Positions 39,430 through 50,668 of a stretch of 64,000 bases of DNA are shown here, one piece after another. A program made the translations under genes and the position numbers. Within the stretch, counting starts at the first letter, position 1; each line of letters begins with the position of its first letter. The notes under the pieces were generated by a model, which worked only from the letters and a program-made list of their open reading frames with translations, was not told the DNA's origin and did not search any database. The stretch comes from Eukaryota sp. GEM-RC1 (taxonomy: Eukaryota), in contig JAUFOQ010000002.1 of NCBI GenBank assembly GCA_040285855.1, positions 2,418,001 to 2,482,000 of the forward strand. The letters are read 5' to 3'.

Positions 39430-40479
39430 TTGTTTTCGTGTCATATCATTCGTTCCTACTGAAAATGAATTTAATAAAAATGAAACTGAATTGCTTCAAT
39501 GGAACCAGGTCATTTCATACAATGTCTGTAACCCATTCAGTGACAGCGAATACTCACTGAGATCAATGTAGCGCCAGAATCTCGTTTTTAGCAGAATACA
39601 CAGTCGTTTGTTTCTTTCGTTTTCCACTTCGCAAAACCGCTTGAACCCAGTTTCCACAGAGACACACTCTGTACTGCAGAACTTACGCTCAACTAACACA
39701 TATAAAGCCGTCTTATCAGCTGAGACAAACATACAAAAAAACATAAATACAAGACTATTTAAACAAACTATCAAAGTTGCCGCCAAACAACTTGGCCATA
39801 AGTTCACAGAGAGCTTTCCACAGTGACGTGGTAAATTGAAGTCAACGTATTGCAATATTCATTGTTTCAAACATATACTGAATGTAGTTTATTCTATAGA
39901 TCTCTCCCTGCAATATACTATACTTGAATCATCAATCACTCTGAACGTTACTACTGACTCAATTGAAAAGAACTGAATTTTTAATTAGCTTCAGGATTGT
40001 TTAAAACTTCATTAGCAACTTGTAGACAACTCTTATTTGAATTGGATCTTTTTCTATGTTTGACACAGATAAAGAGTTTCAAATTCTTTGCAGTTGTTTG
40101 TGTTACTACATTGTAGTTGGACTGTGAAGACAGATTAGCTCTTGTCAAATTAAAACTCAATATCGGACACAATCCAACAAGACCAAATAAACAAAAACAA
40201 ATGTTCTGAATTGGTATACTACATTGTAGTATATTAATTTATTGCTGCAAATAAACTCTTAATAATAAAAACTAAGTATTTATTTGAAATCGTTTAAGTG
40301 CTAATACATGTACTACATGTACTGTAGTTGTTTGTATTTCGTTTATGTATTGAATCATAAATTGTTACTAGTAATGTATTCAAAAATAAATAATGATAGC
40401 CACTCAAGGAATGCTGACGTCCACGGAGTGATGACCTTGATGATCATAAATGAACTCCAAGGCCTCCTGGAGTTGCACT

Positions 40480-41117
40480 CAGTGATCGTCAAAATATAAA
40501 ACCACAAATACGGTAACTTTTCAAATGACTCCGTAACTGATTTCCGTGTGTTACGTAACGTTATATTGTACGGCAAAAATATTATTTTCTGTCAATAATT
40601 GCAATACGTAACCGTATTTCACCGCAAATTCATTTTGGTTTTTCCAGTGTCTGGGAACCAGAATTGATATTATAATGTTCGTTTGTTTGTAGTGGAAACA
40701 AAAGTCAAAATCACATTTATTACTAATACCACAATCCTCCTATTTTCTTTAAGGAAACAAACGGAACAGCATACTGAACAATATTAAGATGGCCAATTTT
40801 GGCGTGCTACAGAAGCTAGGTGTATACTTTTCCTTCTTAATTCAAGTGAAAGAAGAAGGTTGACAGTACTTGTACTTGTAGCAGTCAGGAGACATTACAG
40901 AATGGTTCCTGGGAGGATGTGGAGAATCTTCTAGCTTCCTGAAGAAGTGTTTGGTTAAATCGTATGAAAAATACATATTTTACGCAATTGTTTTTCCGAA
41001 AATTATTTCCGGTTTTACGGGAAACTCTAATTTGCGGAAAACAACAGTTGGTACTGTTCCGTATATACGGCAATTCCACGAACACGCTGTTTTTACTTTA
41101 CGGTTTGAAGATCACTT
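40480..41117. mobile_element. Old non-autonomous hAT-like element (638 bp)
   Basis: Imperfect TIR CAGTGATCGTCAAA / TTTGAAGATCACTT; flanks GTTGCACT (40472-40479) and GTTGCATT (41118-41125); ACGG/CCGT subterminal motifs. Confidence 0.75.
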
Positions 41118-41726
41118 GTTGCATTACGATACTGTTGATGAATTAGTAAAACATGCGAGAAGTTTCTGATTGTGAACTATCATTATTTATTGATGAACAC
41201 TCTACTTGTCAGAGTACAAATATACACTAGAAATCACTGACAAGAAGTAACGTCATCCACAATCAATACTTTGCAATAGATTGATCAGTATCAATGATAG
41301 TTAGATTGCAGGGTATCATTACTAATAGGGAAAGGTCCGACAATTTCGGTAACTGATAACTACACTTGATGGTGCTACTGTAGAGATTCTCCCTGCATGA
41401 GCGATCCAAATGAAGACACTCCTCAAACTACCGGAAGCATGGGCTCTGTGTCTTTGTCTGGAACACCGCTCCCCTCTCTTTCCTCTGGTCACATTCGACT
41501 TCAGCAGACTTTGTTGGTGTTGATAAACTCCTACTTGTTAAGGCGTCTCATGTTGACTCATCATGAGGGAAAGACTGGTGTTACAGTTTATGCTGTTCAT
41601 TTTGTTCTAAAAGATCCATACCCATCAATCAAAGCAGTAGCCTATGTTAGTCAACGTTTCTTGGATTCTGTTAATCTATCCGTCAAACTGTTCTTTGAGA
41701 CAAACACGTTTTTGGTAGATGTAAAA

Positions 41727-42709
41727 TAGACATGTCATTCAGCGTGACTCGACGCGACGTGACGTCATTTGTTCCGCGTCGGAGTCACTCAGCGCGTACA
41801 ATGGTCGCGTCGCGTCAACGTCGACGCGTCGAAACGTCGCTGAAACGCGTCGCGACGTAGATCAAAGTAAAACATGTCCTTTTGTAACGTGAGCATATCA
41901 CAAACATTTTAGTTATTGAATTGTACTACTAGTACTACAAAGTCAACACTCAAGTCCAAAGTTCTTGATCATCTTCAGACTCAGACTCAATCAATTCACT
42001 GGAGGATGAATTCTCGTCTTCCTTAACACAAACACATTTACGTCTCCAAGATGATAAGCAGAGTACAGCTTGAACACTGTCTGGAGACAACATCGATCTT
42101 CGTTTGTTCACAACAAGTCCGGCTTTGAAAAACAGCTGTTCACAAGGCACAGATGTTGCTTGAGCAGTTAAGGTATCAAGAGCAAATTTGGCCATTACTG
42201 GAAACCGAGTAACATTCTTTTGCCAATATTTTATGAGGTCTAGATTGAAACTATCCAACCTCACAACTCCCTCTGCCAAATAGATTTCAAGTTCTTTTCC
42301 TCCACAAAGAGAAGTTTCTTCAACGTTGTTACCGTCTGAATCTTCACTCTCATCTTCACTGTCATGAAATAATGCGAGGTCTTCTTGACGGCATTGGAGA
42401 AATTTTATTTCATGAAATCACTCAATGCTCTACAATGTAGTTCTCTTTGTTCTTGAATAGATCTTGTTTATACAAAGTTCTGCTAGTGGAACTTGTCTCC
42501 AAAATATTGTAGTACACAAATACCTATAAACTGACTGAAAATATTCAAACATGAAGTGACATTTATATATTAGTGACGCGTCGAGATGCGACGCCAAAAT
42601 TCTGAAGTCGACGTGACGCAACGTGGAATAAGAAATCAGAAGTCGACGCAGTGCAACGTCGGCGTGACGTTCGACCCGTCACGACGCGTCACGCTGAATG
42701 ACATGTCTA
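41727..42709 (-). mobile_element. Non-autonomous hAT deletion derivative (983 bp)
   Basis: Perfect 22-bp TIR TAGACATGTCATTCAGCGTGAC; TSD ATGTAAAA at 41719-41726 and 42710-42717; CpG-rich GACGCG subterminal repeats; hAT dimerization remnant 41950-42279 (YW..N..RFP.MAK.A.D.L..QATSVPCEQLF). Confidence 0.97.
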
Positions 42710-43585
42710 ATGTAAAAGAACTTCCTACACTCTCCTCAATTGCTTCTCACTTTGGAGCAACGATCCAATCGTTTTCTCTGAGTTCTTATTCTTCTTTTGA
42801 ACCTCAATATATTCTCAGTCACTTACATGTCATTTCAGGTCTCGAATTTTGTCTAAATTTGATGGTCTTGAATTTAATTACTTACTCTTCCCCTTTCTTC
42901 TTACCATCCCTTAAACAACTTAAAGTGGAGTGTTCTGAAAATTCTGAACACCTTGTAAGCTCTTTGTTCAAGTGTCTTGAGAGTCATTCAAGTATTCAGG
43001 ACCTGGAAGTTGAATTTAGAGACGTTGAGATATTTGGATTTGGAGCGGTGTTTTTGAAGAATACCACGTTGAAGAAGGTCACGTTGTTTAGAACTCTAGA
43101 TTCTCGTTCTGCTTCAAGTTCTCATGATGCCAGTTTGTTCTCTCTATTCACTTCAATTTCCAGGAATTCTTCAATCCGTACGCTTAATATATCTCGCTTT
43201 GAAGTGAGAAACCATAGTGATATGATACCTTTGTTTAGTAGCAGTACTCTTAGAAGTCTTGTATTTCGTACTGAACGGGATTCTTCAATTTTTGATGCTC
43301 TTAGCTATAACTCATCTATTCGAAAGATTATTGTTGAGTTTTCTCAGTTAAAAGGGACGAACTGTAATATTTTAATGTCCATGATTGCTCTCCAGAAACT
43401 CGAAATTAGGGGTTGTTATTGTGCTTTCTCAACATTATTTAAATCTCTTGAACTTAATTCTTCTTTATTGGAGCTATCTATACACCAATCAAAGAGACCT
43501 CTGTCAGATCAAGAAGTCCAGGATTTAGTTTCAATGTTGAAGGACAACACTGGACTACTTGTTCTAACTCTGGATGATTATGTGC

Positions 43586-44518
43586 TGTTAGTGAATAGTG
43601 ACGTGGCAGTAGTTCTTCTTTCTTGTATAGATCAATAAACAAGCTTTTCTTCATTCCATTGGTGAAAGCACCAACAATAATTATTGTTGCCCCGATGATC
43701 CCGTCTCATCAAACACCCCGATTGTCCACACTGTCTGTGTCCGACATAAATGAGTTTCTACACTCAGTCGAGGTTTATCAGTCAGTCACTGATAAGCCTC
43801 GACAAATACCTTTGAGACTTTTGCTGGAGCCAGCAATCCTCAAATCTCTCAAGTTGTACAGTCCTGAACTGTCTTCGGACTCCAGCTTGAGAGAATTCCT
43901 CCGTGGAATGGTCACCTTCAGTTCTTACGAGGAGTTTTCTCGGACTGTCTCCGAACTCCGGATGGATCAAACCATCAAAGAACCCCAAGAACGGATGAAC
44001 GATTACCTCCGTCGATTTGTCTGTGTCCAGGAAAGGGCTTCACCATTGAATCTGTCAGAAAAGGTTTTCATGATGCGATTCGCTCGTGGTGTTTGTCCTA
44101 AAGGTTTGTCGGTTTCTCTTACTTCCAGAGTAAAAGATGACATATTTCCTTCCCTTTCAAGCTTAATAAGCTACATTACCTCAGAATTGGTTGACCTCGA
44201 ACGTGCTAGATCTTGGATGTCCGCTGCTGCAAATCCCGAAGTTTTAAGCAGAACTCAACTGCGTAGCGATGACATAAAGAAAAGAAACTGTTACAGATGT
44301 CATCGTCCTGGTCATCTTGCTGTAAATTGTCAAGCCAAAGTCGAAGAAGTGAACCATTTAGAGATGGTAGATGATCGCTCAAGACCTGATTTTGTGAATC
44401 CTCTAAAAAAAATATGTAGAAGAGGTAGTGTTAGTGAATAGTGACGTGGCAGTAGTTCTTCTTTCTTGTATAGATCAATAAACAAGCTTTTCTTCATTCC
44501 ATTGGTGAAAGCACCAAC
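43586..44518 (+). mobile_element. Gag-only miniature LTR retroelement (933 bp)
   Basis: LTRs 43586-43676 (TG...CA) and 44429-44518 identical over 90 nt; purine tract AGAAGAGGTAG before the 3' LTR; Gag ORF inside; no pol. Confidence 0.92.
43695..44441 (+). CDS. Gag-like protein with CCHC zinc knuckle
   Basis: CYRCHRPGHLAVNC; capsid-like ERMNDYLRRF..F..G motif; stop codon lies inside the 3' LTR. Confidence 0.85.
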   Translation: MIPSHQTPRLSTLSVSDINEFLHSVEVYQSVTDKPRQIPLRLLLEPAILKSLKLYSPELSSDSSLREFLRGMVTFSSYEEFSRTVSELRMDQTIKEPQERMNDYLRRFVCVQERASPLNLSEKVFMMRFARGVCPKGLSVSLTSRVKDDIFPSLSSLISYITSELVDLERARSWMSAAANPEVLSRTQLRSDDIKKRNCYRCHRPGHLAVNCQAKVEEVNHLEMVDDRSRPDFVNPLKKICRRGSVSE

Positions 44519-47149
44519 TGATTTCTCTCAATCAGTTATCATTCTTAAAGGACTGGTAAATAACTCAACATTGAAAAAGTGGACTTTCTCGAATTACGGT
44601 TGAACTTGACCCAATTAACTCAAATTTTTGAAATAATCTCGTGTCTTTCAATAAGACAACATATTGGTCTTTCCCCATGTCTCGTTGACGTTAACAAAGG
44701 TGTTTTTGTTTCTCTTCAGAGTACGGTTCCTGCAACATTTCACTTAAAGACGTCTCCTTACTATGCTCGTTCCTGGAGTTGAATGATATCAAGGAGCTTA
44801 GTATTAAGAAGTCTCGTTTCAACCGTGACTCAATCGCTGCTTTCTCTGACCTAATCAAAGGCAATAAGGCCTTGACTTCTCTTGACCTCAGTGATTGTTT
44901 GTTGTTTGATGGACAGATATGTACATTAGTTGAGTCACTACAGTTTGTTCCTCGTTTAAAGATGGTCAATCTTAGATGTCGTTACCCGAAGTTTCAAAGT
45001 GTGTTGCTCATTTTGAACTCATTTCTACTGGTAAATTGACAGTAAATACCATTCTCTCTGACGAACATATTGATGTTTCCTGTGGTTCAATTTGTTGCGA
45101 CGATGTCTCCAACACCAATCTAAAATCGTTATCAAAAGCGTTATACTCGAATGTTCCAATTAAACATGTTAAAGTTGGCCGATTCCGAAATCCAAGTGTC
45201 GGCGGAATAGTTGCCCTATTTGAAATTCTTTCATTCAACAGCTCAATAATTGACGTTGATATTGAGCCTCATTCGATTGATCTTTCCACTGGTACTATTA
45301 CTTTTGAAGGAGAGGTCTATAACAATGATTTGGACTATCTTTTAAAGGCCATTAAGTCAAATATCCCTATTAAACTTGTTAAATGTGAAGGATTGAGTAG
45401 TGCAAATCTAGAAGGATTAATAGCTTTGTACCAAATTCACTCAATCAACAAATCACTGATTGATCTTGATGTTTCTCCTCATTCTTTTGATATCTCTCTT
45501 GGTTCTATTCATTATGAAGGGGAGATTAGAAATGCCGATTTAAAGTCGCTATTGAACGCTCTGAAAACTAATGTTCGAATTAGTCGTGTTGAATGTCTCG
45601 GCTTGGAACCATTTTTCCATCTCGAAGGACTCTTCATATTGTTTGAACTTTATTCTCTTCAAAAATCTATTATTGAGCTTAATATTGCTCCTCACTGTAT
45701 TGATTTAGAAAATGGTGTGTTTGCCTTTGCTCCAAAATATGAGTGTGTCAGTTTAACTGTTGAAGAAATCTTATATCTTCAGAATTTTCTGGAGTTGCAT
45801 AGTATCAAAGAGCTTTCTCTTAACAGATGCAGGTTCTCTGCCAAAACAATCACTGCGTTGTGTGATTTGATAAGGGACAATCACGTCTTGACTTCCATTG
45901 AATCTCAGTTACAGTTATATTAAGTTCCAAAATCTTTTGGACATTTTTGATCTGTATTTAGCTCACAAATTGACTTCAATTGTTGACGTTACTCCACGCT
46001 TACTTGATGTAGGTAATGGTATCATTAAGTATGATGAGCCACTTGTAGAAGCTGAAGCAAATTCCCTTGTCAAATCTTTAAGGTCAAAACTTCCTATAAA
46101 ACGTGTTGAATGTCCAGGCTTGAGAAACCCTTCCCTCAAGACTCTGTGTTTTCTTTATAAGTTTGTAGCATCCAAACGGTTACTAGAGATCAATGTATCT
46201 CCTAGTGTTATTGACATTGATCAAGGAATTATTCATTTTCAATATTCACCGATGTATAATGATCGTTCATGTCCATGTCTTTGGTATTATCATGAAGACA
46301 ACAATTCTGTTTGCGTTGCACTACTATATCAACTCAACACTAAACGAATATCACAGTTCATCAATTTCTTGAAGAATTATTCTATCAAGAAAGCCATTTT
46401 GAATCGTTGCTATTTTGAAGACAAAGCTAAGGCGGTAATGACCAATTTTTGAAGAAGAATTCTGGAGAATTTCGATTACTCTTAAACAATGAACCTGTTG
46501 GTTGGATTGATGACGTGTTTGTCCCTATTGACAATGAGGTCAAATGTTCCTGTGCTCGTGGAGAATGTTACAACTGATTGTCATTTGTTGGTACTGAATT
46601 GTTTAATAAACATAAGACTGTATTGTTTTGGGCTAAACTATGTTAACAAATTACTTCAATGGAACCATATCTATACCTACAATATATGTAACCTTTCAGT
46701 GACCATTGTTAGTTTCACTGGATATTTAGTGTCTGTCTGGGTTTGGCAACTAGAGTAGTGCTTTTACATTGTGTTGCCACAAACAACAATTGGCTAGTTG
46801 ATCACAATTAACTACACTAGATGCATTGTCGACTATGAGAAATTTGGAAACTTACAATTGTCAATCCAACTGTGCACCCACCTAAATGTTCACCTCAAAA
46901 GATCCTACTGATCTACTTAGATTGTTTTGGTATGGCTAGTACAGTCTACCCACTATTATGACCATGTAGTCGGACTGGTCATACAAGGAGGGTAGCCTGT
47001 ATTTCCAAAAGAACGAGAGCTTAATAGAATCTGTTCTTTTGTATATACTATCCGTATTTTGTGAAATACAACAGTTGGTGTACTGTATTCGCAATAAAAT
47101 TTGCGTCCCATAATAGTTACATAAATATACGGAATTTTATTGATCAATT

Positions 47150-48235
47150 TAATTTTTTATGGAACAAAAACACTAAGATAAACACAAATACTAGAACTCA
47201 ATATCATTAAAGCAACAATCATTGCCATTAAAACTCACATCAGCATTTTCTTCATAAAAAACACTGGGAGCTAATACAGCTTTTGAAATCGTGATAGGAT
47301 TTGTGTTAAATATTGTAAAAACAATACGATTCAACCAAAACTTGAAATCAAATTTCTTGTTCAGTCTTTTTTGACAACTTTCTCAAAATCAGAGAGAAAA
47401 CAAAGAGCATCTTTACCAAGTCGACCATAAATTGAAATTGCAAAAGGACATATTTTGAACTCAACATGTCTAGTATGTTTGAGAGCAGTCAATGGTACAT
47501 CATATTTATTTCTCTTGTATTGTTCTGAACAATCCAGTGGAGAAACTTCATTTTTAGCATCCTTGAATGCACGTTTTTGCAAACATCCACAGTAATCATA
47601 TCAACAACCGTTAGTTCATCATTGACTAATGGAACTACGACATCAGCTCTTCTTTTACCAAAAGTCTTATCAGAATCACTATTTTTTAAATTATTGATTT
47701 CAAGAGATCTCAACAGTGGCTCAACGAAAGATTCGATTTTGTAGGACTTACACGTGGCATGAATTTGATCTCTGACAGCATCATGAATGCAAGTTCAATA
47801 AGTAAAGAAACGATTGCAACTCAAAAGGCGAGAAACAGTAACTAATTTGCCACACTTACATTGAAGATCATTAGGTAAAATAGAGGGCCACAAGAAACAT
47901 CGAAGTCTGAATGTTGTAGTCCATTGATGATCATTTAACAACAAACCATAAATCTGAGGAATTTGGTTAATCAAAGCAACTGAAGAACTGTCCTTCAAAT
48001 CGATTAACAAATTTGCGAACGCTGCAAATGTGGATTTGTTTTGGCCGAGCCAAGTCCAATTTTAAAATCCAAACATTCCAAATGTTGTAAAAGGTGTTTT
48101 GGAGTTTCTTAAGAACAAATTTTAAAGAGGTGACACATCGTTCTGGTATTTCACAAATATTTACTGGGAAACAAGTTTGCCAGAGGTCAAGTGTAATTAG
48201 CGATAATTCTGATCTCAAATTTACCAAGAAAAAGC
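47150..48235 (-). mobile_element. 5'-truncated CRE-like retrotransposon
   Basis: Close inverted homolog of 17680-18750 including the 3' UTR. Confidence 0.9.
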
Positions 48236-48959
48236 TACTACGGAATTTTATGGAGGTTGCAAATACACGGTGTGGCAAATTCACCATCCGTGTGCTATAC
48301 AGGTGAAACACGTAAATGGTGTGATACACGCATTGTGTCATATTTTGTGCCATTAAAGCTAGATATTTATTTTGACTTTTTCTTTTTGCAATATTCCCAA
48401 ATTTGTTAAATCAATTATCACGAAGTTGTTTAGGAACTGTAATATTGTTGACCAGGAATTTTCTCTGTTTAGTGCTTCATAGCTTTTGTTTTGATATATC
48501 TTTTTTCCCTTTCATATATAAGCAGTTTCCATTTTCCCTTAATACAAACCATAAGAATGAAGATAGCAACGGCATCAATAGTCCAGTTTGTATTCTGAAC
48601 ATATTTTGAAAGGTTAAACAAAGTAATGTGCAATTTAAAGATATACTTTTGTCTGTATACGTGGAAAAAACACATATAACAAAATGGTCCAACACACGGT
48701 GTGGCAAAATTGCAATCCTTGAGGAGTGTGTTGCGTACCCTGGGTGTACTGTAGTATTTCTGCATGAATTCCAAAATTGATTTTGTAGTCAATTCACCGT
48801 AGTATGATTTCCATAGTTCTCTAATCATTCTTTCAGTGTTTTCACAGTCACAAGGATCGAAAAGTGTAAGTTCGAAGTTAGATGTGAGTCTTTGAAGTAT
48901 CTTAAGTTTTCAATTGTTTCAATTTTCAATTTGGTATTAAATGACTAGGCGGCATGGGG

Positions 48960-49021
48960 TTTTGTTTCAATGAGAGAGAGTTTTCAATTGGCGAGTTTTC
49001 AATTGGAGAGATTATACTGTA
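48960..49021 (-). mobile_element. Possible single end of a Tc1/pogo-type element
   Basis: Minus strand reads TA-CAGTATAATCTCTCCAATTGAAAACTCGCCAATTGAAAACTC (TA + CAGT start with internal direct repeats); no partner end found. Confidence 0.35.
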
Positions 49022-49475
49022 CATGACCGTTTTATGGACAGTAATACATATTTAAAACACTACATGTAACAATTGTGAATATCTGACAATATCTTTACAG
49101 CATTTTCATCAAAAGCGAAGACATCAATCAAATCATCACATTATGAGTTGTCACTCCATTCATACAATCATTTCGGCTAAAAAACTGTTTGAGAGAATCA
49201 TGAAAAAGCAACACGTCCACACTGTCCAAAACCTAAACATGACGATCATATTAGCGCAAATATACTAAAATTGAAATAGTGTGAGTGACAATCTGTATTG
49301 AAGTGACTATCTGGTCAACTAAGAAATAGCAGCGTCTATTCAAAGATACAAATTGTTGATATGATTAACATTAATCATCATGTGTCAGATCATTCGGTTC
49401 AGTTCAGTTCATAGAGCTAGTGGGCTGAACCGAACTGATTTACAACCATATTTTGGAATGCATCATAAAGTTTCA

Positions 49476-50318
49476 ATGCATGTCTTACTAATCTTCTTAT
49501 CTGTTCTTTCAGTGATATGTCATTCATACGACGATGACTACTCTGATTATTCTTACAATGACTACTACTACTACTATGACGAGTCTCCCTCTTTCGACGA
49601 CTACTACTATGAGACCGACCCTTATGGAAATACCTACTACGAAGAGTATTATTCATCTCGTGATGATTACTACGAAGAGTATTCCCCTTATAATGACGAC
49701 ATCTTCGACCTTCATATGAATGATCGCTATGATGTTTATGATTCCACAGACCTGTACGACTTCAATGATGATCATCATGCATATTTCACAGACGATGATT
49801 ACATAAGTGTTTCTCAATTGATTGACGATACCTACGGTACTTTCAATGCTGAGTCAGTTGCTAAGAAAGTTAACCAGAGGAAGGACAGTCCTTATTACGG
49901 GATGGGAGTTGAAGCTATCATGGAACAATGGGACGATGAAAGAGAGCTTGGAACTGAACTTCACTCTGACATTGAAAACTTTTATAAAGAAGGGACTATT
50001 GTCAAAGGAAAAGACTTTCAGGCTTTCTTACAGTTTCATCGTGATGTAATCATACCACAAAAAATCACTCCATTGAAGATTGAGGAAACACTGTTCAATG
50101 AAGATGGAAAGATTGTTGGAACAATTGATTTTTTAGGAAGAGATGCAAATGGGGATGTGGTGTTGTTTGATTGGAAAAGGACCAAGACTATCAAAGAAGA
50201 TAGATATGATATGCAAATGAATCTTTATGAAGAATTGTTACATAAGAATGGCATTGCTGTCAAGCGGAAGGCAATAGTTAGAATTCATGATGGAAAATAC
50301 TCTGTCCACGAGTTTTAA
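49476..50318 (+). CDS. Signal peptide + Tyr/Asp-rich tract + PD-(D/E)xK (RecB/Cas4-like) nuclease
   Basis: MHVLLIFLSVLSVICHS; ~90-aa Y/D tract; GTELHSDIE, IEETL, VGTIDFL, LFDWKRT, QMNLY motifs. Confidence 0.85.
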   Translation: MHVLLIFLSVLSVICHSYDDDYSDYSYNDYYYYYDESPSFDDYYYETDPYGNTYYEEYYSSRDDYYEEYSPYNDDIFDLHMNDRYDVYDSTDLYDFNDDHHAYFTDDDYISVSQLIDDTYGTFNAESVAKKVNQRKDSPYYGMGVEAIMEQWDDERELGTELHSDIENFYKEGTIVKGKDFQAFLQFHRDVIIPQKITPLKIEETLFNEDGKIVGTIDFLGRDANGDVVLFDWKRTKTIKEDRYDMQMNLYEELLHKNGIAVKRKAIVRIHDGKYSVHEF

Positions 50319-50668
50319 TTCTTGTCAACAAAACTACACAGCTACACATCAGCAGTGATTAGTATATCATATTTGTAATTAGTATGTTTTGAGACATATT
50401 ATGTGCACAAATATTAATACTTCTAGTACAATGTAGTAGTTTTACGATCTGCTGAACTATCCGTTATGAGGTGATGCCGGTAAATGCTATTACAGTTAAA
50501 CATGGGAAAAACCATGAAAATCTCACTGATATTCCAGTTTCTAACAATCAACTCAGACTAAATAGCCCAAGGTGTTTCAAAGTGTAGAACCAACACTAAT
50601 TTAAGATTCCTAAAATTTTACACGAACATGATAATTGAATAAATTCTACAAATACGTCTGAAATAATA

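Larger units (their letters stand above)
41397..46576 (+). pseudogene. RNI-like LRR paralog B, disrupted by two insertions and frameshifts
   Basis: Colinear with 36069-39429; interrupted at 41727-42709 and 43586-44518; lacks the segment matching ~38672-38750 of paralog A. Confidence 0.9.

Noticed and set aside
42586..42717. Novel N-terminus on LRR ORF 42586-43638
   Set aside because: Read-through from the hAT terminal repeat into the broken paralog.
48250..48722. Possible MITE with ACACGGTGTGGCAAA repeats
   Set aside because: Ends too degenerate and no TSD found.
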